Shown here: one piece after another, positions 56,422 to 64,000 of the stretch | How the letters are laid out: every line of letters begins with the position of its first letter | Numbering within the stretch: position 1 is the first letter of the stretch | Source: Verrucomicrobiaceae bacterium | GTDB lineage: Bacteria > Verrucomicrobiota > Verrucomicrobiia > Verrucomicrobiales > Akkermansiaceae | Direction of reading: 5' to 3' | DNA length: 64,000 nt | Assembly: GCA_051252135.1 (NCBI GenBank) | Contig: JBPOGH010000018.1 | Coordinates: 28,471-92,470, forward strand | Translations under genes and position numbers: made by a program | The notes under the pieces: model-generated | What the model was told of the DNA's origin: nothing | Database searches by the model: none | Seen by the model: the letters and a program-made list of their open reading frames with translations, nothing else

Positions 56422-56651
56422 GGGCTTGGGATAGCGGGGGGAAGGGAGGGCGTCAAGGAGGGGGGGTGGGGAACTCTGAACGGTGAGATTTGAAATTTGA
56501 AAGCTGGGGTTGGGGGGTAAGGGTAAAGGCGCTGGGGTCGGGGAGAGATGCAGAAGCTTGTTAACTCCTTCGGTTCTCTGCTATGGCGGGGGAGATTGAT
56601 CCGCAGATTAAGAAGATTTACGCAGATTGGTTGGGGAGGCTTGGTTGAGGA

Positions 56652-56830
56652 GGGGAGGAACACTGAACATTGAACATCTAACATTTAAGCTTGAACGGGG
56701 GAGACTTGGTTGAGGGGCTTGGTTGAGGGGAAGGGAACGCGAATCTTGCGAATTGGGCTCATCTTGGTTGGGGGGGAGGAACACTGAACATTGAACATCT
56801 AACATTTAAGTTTGAACGGGGGAGATTTGG
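56652..56830 (+). repeat. 58-bp direct repeat (56652-56709 and 56773-56830) in a modular intergenic region
   Basis: GGGGAGGAACACTGAACATTGAACATCTAACATTTAAG.TTGAACGGGGGAGA.TTGG occurs twice. Confidence 0.9.
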
Positions 56831-56926
56831 ATGAGGGGGAGAGGGGAATGTCAAAGTTTTGTCAAAAGGGGGTGGGGTGAGACAGATGGGGGATGGGGGG
56901 TCGTTGGTTTATGGAAGCAAGAGATT

Positions 56927-58780
56927 ATGAAGATTCGAAATTATGCAGTGTTGGGCCTTTGGGGCGTGTCGGTGGCGATGGGGCAGGATGCGGGGGTGGA
57001 GGCGGCAGTTGATGCGGCTGCGCAGCCGGAGACGGTCCATTCGATCAAGGAGGTGACGCTTTATCAGGGGACGGCGATGGTGACGCGGGGGGTGACGGTG
57101 CCGGCGGGGAAGGCAGGGTCATTTGAGGTGGTGGTGAAGGGCTTGCCGACGGCGACGGATCCGGAATCGGTTTTTGCGGATGAGGCAGCGGGGCTGGAGA
57201 TTCGTTCGGTGACGTGCCGGATGCTCTCGAGCGAGGAGACGAAGCGGGTGGAGAGCGAGGTGATGAAGCTGGATGGGAAGATTCGGGCGTTGAGCCGGAA
57301 GATATCGGAGGCGAGCAACGAGATTGCGTTGCGACGGATGCGGCAGACGTATTTGAGAAATCTGGGTGATTTTGTGGCGCCGGCGGTGCGGCAGGAGATG
57401 TCGCACGGGGTGTTGCAGTCCGAGGAACTGGAGAAGGTGACGCAGATGCATTTCACGGAATATGAGACGGCGTCGCAGGAGATCATGAAGCTCGACAACG
57501 AGATCGACGACAGCCGGGAGGAGTTGAGTGAGTTGAGTGCGGAGCGGAATCGTTTGGCCTCGGGGCCGACGCAAATTTATGACGCGGTGGTTTTTGTGGA
57601 GAAGGAAGCGGGCAAGGAGGCGACTTTTGATCTGAATTATTTGGTGAAGGATTGCGGGTGGTCGCCGGTTTACAATGTGAGTGGCGTGACGGGCGGGAAG
57701 GATGTGCGGATTGAGTTTAATGCGCTGATTCACCAGGTGAGTGGCGAGGACTGGAATCAGGCCGGGCTGGTGCTTTCGACGGCATCGCCCACGGTGAATG
57801 CGAAGAATCCGGAGCTCGCGGCGCTGCATGTGCAGGTGCGGGACACGGGGAGTGTGGTGCAGCAGCAGGCGGCGACAGTGGCGCAGGTGGAAAAATATAA
57901 GGTGGCGCTGAAGGGAAAGAAGGAAGCGAACCGCAAGGTGCTTTCCGGGAAGTCGGTGGAGGATTTTGCGACGGCGAACTTTGCTTCGAACGAGATGGCG
58001 GCGAGTGCGCAGCTGGTGGAGCTTTCGATGCGGGCGGGTCAGTTGAAGCAGATCAATCAGGAGCGCGATGAAGAGGATTTGGCAATCGAGTATGCTTTGG
58101 AAAAAGCGGTGACGTTGGTGAGTCGTCGTGAGGCACAGATGGTTCCGGTGCTGTCGGCTGAATGTCCGGCGGAGTTTTACCACGTGGCGACGCCGGTGCT
58201 GACGAGTGCGGTTTTTCGCGAAGCGGAGCTGACGAATACGAGCGAGCGTGATCTGTTAGGTGGCAAGGTGAACGTGTATCTTGATGACAAATTCATCGGG
58301 CGGACCGAGATGCCATCGATTGCGCGCGGGCGGAATTACACCTTGGGGTTTGGGGTTGATGGACAGCTGCGGGCGCGGCGTTCGTTGGTGGATCGCACTG
58401 AGACGGTGCAGGGCGGGAATCGCCTGATCGAGATCGGGGTTGAGGTGGTGCTGGACAACTTCAAGGACACTCCGGTGAAGGTGCGATTGCGTGAGCGGAC
58501 TCCGTTTATGGATGATGCCTCGAGCCTGCGGGTGTCGCTGGGCGAGACGTCGGTGGCGTTGTCGGGAGATCGTGATTATGCACGTTTCGAGAGACCGAAG
58601 GGGATTTTGCGTTGGGACCTGGAGGTGGCTCCGGGAACGGGTGAGAAAGCGACGGCGGTGGAGTATTCCTACCGGCTGGAGTTTGATAAGAGCCTGGCGT
58701 TGGAGGAGATTAGCGGAGAGAAGCGGTCGGTTCTGCGGAATGAATTTCTGGAGCGTTCGAGGCGTTCGCAGGGCAGATAA
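56927..58780 (+). CDS. DUF4140/DUF4139 (MuiA-like) protein
   Basis: IKEVTLY...AMVTR, coiled coil, LNYLV..CGWSPVY, QVSGEDW....L.LST, LGFGVD. Confidence 0.88.
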   Translation: MKIRNYAVLGLWGVSVAMGQDAGVEAAVDAAAQPETVHSIKEVTLYQGTAMVTRGVTVPAGKAGSFEVVVKGLPTATDPESVFADEAAGLEIRSVTCRMLSSEETKRVESEVMKLDGKIRALSRKISEASNEIALRRMRQTYLRNLGDFVAPAVRQEMSHGVLQSEELEKVTQMHFTEYETASQEIMKLDNEIDDSREELSELSAERNRLASGPTQIYDAVVFVEKEAGKEATFDLNYLVKDCGWSPVYNVSGVTGGKDVRIEFNALIHQVSGEDWNQAGLVLSTASPTVNAKNPELAALHVQVRDTGSVVQQQAATVAQVEKYKVALKGKKEANRKVLSGKSVEDFATANFASNEMAASAQLVELSMRAGQLKQINQERDEEDLAIEYALEKAVTLVSRREAQMVPVLSAECPAEFYHVATPVLTSAVFREAELTNTSERDLLGGKVNVYLDDKFIGRTEMPSIARGRNYTLGFGVDGQLRARRSLVDRTETVQGGNRLIEIGVEVVLDNFKDTPVKVRLRERTPFMDDASSLRVSLGETSVALSGDRDYARFERPKGILRWDLEVAPGTGEKATAVEYSYRLEFDKSLALEEISGEKRSVLRNEFLERSRRSQGR

Positions 58781-58802
58781 GCTCTGAGGTTGAATTCAAT
58801 AT

Positions 58803-58830
58803 AAGGGTGGCTTTCGGGTCGCCCTTTTTT
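58803..58830. terminator. Intrinsic terminator
   Basis: AAGGGTGGCT-TTCG-GGTCGCCCTT followed by T-tract. Confidence 0.75.
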
Positions 58831-58831
58831 G

Positions 58832-60103
58832 TTAGAGCTGGGGGGCGAGGAGGCCGGAGGCGAAGCGTTTGAGGGCGGGCTCGAGGTGAGAGGGGAGGTT
58901 TTGGAGGGTGATTTGGGTGCAGCGGGAGAGGTCGTGGCGAAACATTTTTAACTGCTCACGGGCGAAGGCGGGGGAGTCGACGTGGAGGTTGACTTCGTCG
59001 TTGATGAAGAAAGAGCGGTCGTCGAGATTTCCGGATCCGACGATGGTGAAGCGGGAGTCGGCGACGAGGAGTTTGCCGTGCATCATGGAGGTTTCGTATT
59101 GGTGGAGGCGGATGCCGGCGCGGAGGAGTTCGGCCCAGTGGTTTTGGGAGGCGTAGCGGGAGGGGCGGGAGTCGATGAGCTTGCCGGGGACGATGATGTC
59201 GATGCGGACGCCGCGATTGGCGGCGGCGACGAGGGCGCGGCGGAAGGTGGGGTTGGGGATGAAGTAGGATTGCTGGAGGGCGAGGGATTTTTGGGCGGCG
59301 TTGATGGCGATGAGGACGGAGTGGGCGAGGGGGTGGGAGGGGTCGCGGGGGGAGTCGGGGACGAACTGGGCGCGGTAGGGTCCTTTTTTGGTGAGGGGCG
59401 GGAAGTAGTGGGAGCCGGTGAGGGTTTGGCCGGTGAGCTTTTTCCAGTTGTCGTTGAAGGTGTGTTGGAGTTGGGCGACGGCAGGACCCTCGATGCGATA
59501 TTGGGTGTCGCGCCAGTGCTTGGGGGACTGGGCGTGGCCGAGCCAGGAATCGGCGAAGCCGGCGCCTCCGGTGAAGGCGGTGTGTCCATCGACGACGAGG
59601 ATTTTGCGGTGGGTGCGGAAGTTCGAGCGCCAGGGGTTGAGGACGTGGTAGGGGTGGTAGAGGTGGACCTGGACGCCGCATTGGCGGAGGGGGGTGAGGT
59701 GTTCGGAGCCGAGCTTGGCGGAGCCGATGGCGTCGAGGATGAGGTGGACGTTGACGCCGTCCTTGGCCTTGTTGGCGAGGGCGGTGGTGAAGTCGTTGGC
59801 GACGAAGCCGGGGACGTAGGCGAAGGTCTCGAAGGTGATGGTTTTTTCCGCGGAGCGGATGGCCTCGAGCATGGGCGGGTAGAATTGGTCGCCGTTGATG
59901 AGGGTGCGGATGTGATTGCCGGAGGTCCAGGGGATGCCGGTTTTTTGCGCGATGGCAGGTGCGGGCGCGGGTGCGTTGAGTCCGGCAGCGGGTTCCAGCG
60001 TGCGGTGGATGCACGAGGTGGTGTTGCCGAGAAGGGCGGAGGCGAGGAGGGATCTAGCGACCGTCCGCCAGGCGCTCGGCAAGCATTTCGGGAAGGCCGG
60101 CAT
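58832..60103 (-). CDS. cls: Cardiolipin synthase / phospholipase D family (start uncertain)
   Basis: Two HKD motifs: HRKILVVD and HGKLLVAD. Confidence 0.88.
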   Translation of the reverse strand: MPAFPKCLPSAWRTVARSLLASALLGNTTSCIHRTLEPAAGLNAPAPAPAIAQKTGIPWTSGNHIRTLINGDQFYPPMLEAIRSAEKTITFETFAYVPGFVANDFTTALANKAKDGVNVHLILDAIGSAKLGSEHLTPLRQCGVQVHLYHPYHVLNPWRSNFRTHRKILVVDGHTAFTGGAGFADSWLGHAQSPKHWRDTQYRIEGPAVAQLQHTFNDNWKKLTGQTLTGSHYFPPLTKKGPYRAQFVPDSPRDPSHPLAHSVLIAINAAQKSLALQQSYFIPNPTFRRALVAAANRGVRIDIIVPGKLIDSRPSRYASQNHWAELLRAGIRLHQYETSMMHGKLLVADSRFTIVGSGNLDDRSFFINDEVNLHVDSPAFAREQLKMFRHDLSRCTQITLQNLPSHLEPALKRFASGLLAPQL

Positions 60104-60776
60104 CGCGAATCTTTTGTTGGGTCGTGGCGAGGTCATACTCGACGCGGCGGAAGATGATGGTGCCGGTGGGGACGTCGTAGATGACGTAGCAGGCGCGCCA
60201 GTCGCCATCGCGTGGCTGGCCGACGGAGCCAGTATTGACGAAATATTTTTTGCCCTTTTCGATTTCGACGGTCTCGGCGGGGAGTTCGGTGACGCGGTTC
60301 TCGCGGACGAAGACCTTGGGGACGTGGGTGTGTCCGTGGAAGCAGAGGTTGGTGAACTGGTAGGAGAAGTTCGACATGGCATCGAACTTGTTGGTGACGT
60401 AGTTCCAGGCTTGGGGTTGGTCGAGAGTGGCGTGGACGACGGTGAAGTCCTCGACCTGGCGGACCATGCGGAGGTTGCGAAGCCAGTCCTTTTGTTCTTC
60501 GTCGAGTTGCTCGCGGGTCCACTGAAGGGCGGCGGCAGCGACGGGGTTCATGTTCTCGAGGCTCTCGGTATTGCTGGCTACGTCATCGTGGTTGCCTTTG
60601 ACGACGGGCCAGTTGGCCTCCTGGATAATTTTGAGGCAAGCGACGGGGTCTGCATTGTAGCCGACGACGTCGCCCATGCAAATCCAGTCCGTGCAGCCCT
60701 GTTCGTTCGCGTCGGCGATGACGGCATTGAGGGCTTCGAGGTTGGCGTGGATGTCTCCAAAAAGGGCGATTCGCAT
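60054..60776 (-). CDS. Metallophosphoesterase
   Basis: DIHAN, GDVVGY, GNHD, HGHTH, NTGSVGQPRD. Confidence 0.92.
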   Translation of the reverse strand: MRIALFGDIHANLEALNAVIADANEQGCTDWICMGDVVGYNADPVACLKIIQEANWPVVKGNHDDVASNTESLENMNPVAAAALQWTREQLDEEQKDWLRNLRMVRQVEDFTVVHATLDQPQAWNYVTNKFDAMSNFSYQFTNLCFHGHTHVPKVFVRENRVTELPAETVEIEKGKKYFVNTGSVGQPRDGDWRACYVIYDVPTGTIIFRRVEYDLATTQQKIRDAGLPEMLAERLADGR

Positions 60777-60997
60777 GGCTGTTAGGGGAGTCCAAGAGGT
60801 TTGCGAGGGGAGGGGCAGGTGTAAAGGTTATAACCTAGCGGATCTTGAGAGGAACGTTGATTTTTGGGAGAGGAGAAGTTCGGCAGGCGTGCGGGAGATT
60901 GAGCGGTTGGCTTTTGGCGATTGGCCTGAAGGAGCAATAGGGATCCTTGTGAGTGGATCGTGATGGATCCGGATTGATTCGGTTGAGGTATCTCCTT

Positions 60998-61951
60998 TTA
61001 CCAGTCGTTGGGGATGCGGCGTTGGCGGGGGCTGAGGAAGGGGTTGAGCTCGAAGGGGACTTTGAGGTCGATGATGAGTTGGCGGAGGTCGGCGTCGATG
61101 TTGCCCTCGTAGAAGCCGTCGTCTTGGATGCGGTAGCGGTGGTTGTAGAGGTCGCGGTAGGCTTTTTTCTTGGATCCGAAGAGTTGGACCAAGGTGGGTT
61201 TGCGCATGTCGAGGGGGAGGGCGGGGTTCTGGTAGAGGGTCCAGAGGATGGCGCGGAAGGAGGGGATGCGGATGACGTCGGGGTTTTGTTCGGCGAGGCG
61301 GATGCCCTCTTCGAGGGCGTCTTTTTCGCGGCCGGGGATTTGGGCGAGGGTGTAGAAGTAGCGGCGATGGTAGACTTGGTTATCGCTGAGTTCGGCGGCT
61401 TTTTGCCAGGCTTCGGCGGCGCGGGGGTAGTCGGGGCGTTTGAGGGAGTGGGACCAGATGCGGGCGATCTCGGCCCAGAGGTCGGCATTTTCCGGGAGGT
61501 AGCGGAGGCCTTCTTTGAGGAAGGCGTCGCCGGCCTCGAGGTATTCCATCTCGATGGTTTTGCGTTGGATTTCGGGTTGTTTGCGTTGGCTGCGGGCCCA
61601 GGAGGCGGCGTTGTAGGCGAGGTGTCCGGCGCCTTGTTGCCAGTAGAAGGGGTTGTAGGGGTCGAGGGCGGTGATGAGCTCGTAGTCTTTTTTGAGTTCG
61701 TGCCATTCCTGGTCCTCGAAGTGTCCGTGGGCGCTGAGGCTGGTGAAGAAGGCGAGGGCGGAGCGGAGGCCGCCGAAGGTGCCGGCGAGGGAGCTTTGTC
61801 CCATGCGGCTCCACATTTCCACGGAGATGGAGGGTGGGGCGAGGTTGCGCTCGCGGAGGCGCATGGTGAAGTCATGCTCGAAGGGCATCTTGATGAGCCC
61901 TGCGGCGGCGAGGCCGAGGAAGAGGATGATGATCTTCTTGAGGGGGACCAT
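60998..61951 (-). CDS. Hypothetical TPR-like protein associated with ABC transporter
   Basis: N-terminal hydrophobic segment; GGLRS, ITALDP, HLAYN motifs. Confidence 0.75.
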   Translation of the reverse strand: MVPLKKIIILFLGLAAAGLIKMPFEHDFTMRLRERNLAPPSISVEMWSRMGQSSLAGTFGGLRSALAFFTSLSAHGHFEDQEWHELKKDYELITALDPYNPFYWQQGAGHLAYNAASWARSQRKQPEIQRKTIEMEYLEAGDAFLKEGLRYLPENADLWAEIARIWSHSLKRPDYPRAAEAWQKAAELSDNQVYHRRYFYTLAQIPGREKDALEEGIRLAEQNPDVIRIPSFRAILWTLYQNPALPLDMRKPTLVQLFGSKKKAYRDLYNHRYRIQDDGFYEGNIDADLRQLIIDLKVPFELNPFLSPRQRRIPNDW

Positions 61952-61952
61952 T

Positions 61953-62885
61953 TTAGAATTCCTTATCGGAGAAGATGAACCAGGAGAGGACGGTGTAGAT
62001 GGCGAGGTAGAAGAAGGTGAGGCCGGTGAGGTGGAGGATGTCGACGGGGAGGACCTCGGCGGCGCGGGCGGAGGCGTCTGCGATGGAATCGAAGAGCTGG
62101 AAGTCGGGGAAGATGAGGGAGATGAGGGAGGCGAGAACCTTGCCGATGGGGCCGGAGTTTTCAGCGAGTCCGCCGCGATCGAAGAGGCCTTCACGGGCGA
62201 TGGATTGGGCGGCACCGATGACCCAGATCATGGCGGAGGTGGCGATGGTGAAGAGGGTGGAGGTGGAGAAGGTGGAGATGAGGAGGGCGACGGCGGCGAC
62301 GATGGAGGCTTTGAGGAAGTGGGCGAGGACGGCGAACTGGAGGGTCATGGTGGGGCCGTGGGAGGCGATCTCGTCCATTTTTTGGTCGATGAGATTCTGG
62401 GGCCAGTTGAGTTTTTGGAGGTAGGGTTCGATGTCGGCGAGGACGGCCTCGGTGCGGAAGTGGAGGGTGATGACGAGGATGAGGTCCATGGCGAGCATGG
62501 CGACGAGGATGACGGTCATGACGCCGAGGAGTTTGCCGGTGAGGTAGTCGAGCCGGGGGACGGGCTTGCAGAGGATGGTGTAGAGGGTGCGGTCCTCGAT
62601 GTCCCTCGGGATGAGGAGGGCGGTGGAGACGATGGCGAACATGGAGCTGAAGAGCATCATGGTGCCGAGGCAGAGATTTTTGTGCATCTGGAGCTCCTGC
62701 TGGGGCTGGGAGGCTTCGGGGCCGGAGTACCACGGGCCATCGAAGAACTGGATGGCGACGAAGAGGATGGCGATGGGCAGCAGGAAGTAGAAGACCTTCA
62801 TGCGGATGAGCTGCGTGACGGTGCTGTGCGCGATGATGAGCACGCGGCGCGGCGAGAAGAAGGAGGTCTGGGAACGGTTGTTCAT
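61953..62885 (-). CDS. ABC transporter permease
   Basis: Multiple TMs; DIEDRTLYTILCKPVPR..YL.GKLLG. Confidence 0.88.
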   Translation of the reverse strand: MNNRSQTSFFSPRRVLIIAHSTVTQLIRMKVFYFLLPIAILFVAIQFFDGPWYSGPEASQPQQELQMHKNLCLGTMMLFSSMFAIVSTALLIPRDIEDRTLYTILCKPVPRLDYLTGKLLGVMTVILVAMLAMDLILVITLHFRTEAVLADIEPYLQKLNWPQNLIDQKMDEIASHGPTMTLQFAVLAHFLKASIVAAVALLISTFSTSTLFTIATSAMIWVIGAAQSIAREGLFDRGGLAENSGPIGKVLASLISLIFPDFQLFDSIADASARAAEVLPVDILHLTGLTFFYLAIYTVLSWFIFSDKEF

Positions 62886-62893
62886 CGGGGCGT

Positions 62894-63802
62894 TCAGTTC
62901 TTGGAGACGCGCTTGCGACGCTTTTTGGTGACGACGCGGCTGGAGCCGGGGCGTTGGTCCTGGGTTTCACGGAGGAATAGTTCCTCGAGGGTGGTGCGCG
63001 GGTTTCCTTCCGAGATGAGGTCGGTGCCGTGGGTGACTTCGATCAGGGTGCGGATTTGGTCGAGAAGTTCGGGGTCGGCGTTTTCGATGACGAGCTGGGT
63101 GCGGTCGTCGAGTGAGATGAGATCATCGAGGCGGCCCTGGCGGACCATGACGCCATTGTTGATGATGCCGACCTGGTCGCAGACTTCCTGGACTTGTTCG
63201 AGGAGGTGGGAGCAGAGGAAGACGGTGATGCCGCGGCTTTTGAGCTCGAAGATGAGGTCGCGGATTTGGCGGGATCCGGAGGGGTCGACGCCGGCGGTGG
63301 GTTCATCGAGGACGACGAGGCGGGGGTCCTGGACGAGGGCCTGGGCGAGGCCGATGCGCTGGAGCATGCCTTTGGAGTATCCTCCGAGGCGGCGGTTGCG
63401 GGCGTCATCGAGTCCGACGAGTTCGAGCATTTCGTCGACGCGGCGGTTGAGGGTGGAGCCGCGCATGCCGCAGAGTTTGCCGTAAAATCTAACCGTTTCC
63501 GCGCCGGTGAGGTGCCGGTAGAAGTAGGGGTTCTCGGGGAGGAAGCCGACGTCGTTGCGGGAATCGACCTTGGCGGAATCTTTTCCGAAGATGGCGCATT
63601 TTCCGGAGGTGGGTTTCACGAGGCCGAGGAGGGCCTTCATGGTGGTGGACTTGCCGGAGCCATTGGGTCCGATGAGTCCGTAGACCTCGCCGGGTTCGAT
63701 GCGGAGGGAGACGCCATCGACGGCACGGAGTTTGGGGCCACGGAAGGAGGTTTGGAATTCCTTCACCAGGCCGGAGACTTCGACTGCCGGGGTATCGCTC
63801 AT
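62894..63802 (-). CDS. ABC transporter ATP-binding protein
   Basis: GPNGSGKST, YSKGMLQR, LDEPTAGVD. Confidence 0.92.
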   Translation of the reverse strand: MSDTPAVEVSGLVKEFQTSFRGPKLRAVDGVSLRIEPGEVYGLIGPNGSGKSTTMKALLGLVKPTSGKCAIFGKDSAKVDSRNDVGFLPENPYFYRHLTGAETVRFYGKLCGMRGSTLNRRVDEMLELVGLDDARNRRLGGYSKGMLQRIGLAQALVQDPRLVVLDEPTAGVDPSGSRQIRDLIFELKSRGITVFLCSHLLEQVQEVCDQVGIINNGVMVRQGRLDDLISLDDRTQLVIENADPELLDQIRTLIEVTHGTDLISEGNPRTTLEELFLRETQDQRPGSSRVVTKKRRKRVSKN

Positions 63803-63867
63803 GTGGGGGGACGATAGGCACGGGCTTGGGTGGGCGCAAGAATCTTGCGGGGGGGAATGTGAGGCTT

Positions 63868-64000
63868 GAGCTGTGAGCTGTGAGCTGTGAGCTGTGAGCT
63901 GTGAGCTGTGAGCTGTGAGCTGGGAGCTGGGAGCTGGGAGCTGGGAGCTGGGAGCTGGGAGCTGGGAGCTGGGAGCTGGGAGCTGGGAGCTGGGAGCTGG
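63868..64000 (+). repeat. Heptamer tandem repeat: (GAGCTGT)7 then (GAGCTGG)12, running off the window
   Basis: Direct count of units. Confidence 0.95.

Noticed and set aside
56470..56840. CRISPR array
   Set aside because: Only two long repeats, irregular spacing and no cas genes; the CHAT gene has no Cas neighbours either

Overview
GC-rich bacterial chromosomal segment, most likely from a Verrucomicrobiota genome (seven PEP-CTERM proteins, long three-domain IspG, many lineage-type secreted proteins). The backbone is housekeeping: thiL, ispG, clpS, nadB, tyrA-aroA-cmk-plsC, tRNA-Leu(TAA), jag, hflX, mlaFD, trpS, a cardiolipin synthase and an ABC transporter. Three things stand out. (1) A gene missed by the ORF track at 19595-20155 (-): a secreted tandem HMA-like protein with two in-frame TGA codons at equivalent GGG-U positions, each followed by a SECIS-like hairpin with a CGUG(C/U) loop, i.e. 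a probable double selenoprotein. (2) A 9.4-kb locus (23648-33069) encoding a small TpsA/haemagglutinin-like protein, an ECF-like sigma factor, a membrane anti-sigma, a TpsB pore, a subtilase, a secreted CHAT protease and a PEP-CTERM protein; its three downstream transcription units share an exact TGACATT-N14-GCGAT motif. (3) An AT-rich tandem array of orphan Rhs toxin/immunity cassettes (5586-10020) built on a ~0.9-kb duplication that begins inside a host gene. There is also a RAYT transposase with REP-like palindromes, a PEP-CTERM cassette flanked by a duplicated intergenic region, modular intergenic repeats and a heptamer microsatellite. All family assignments are from motif recognition by eye; no database searches were run.
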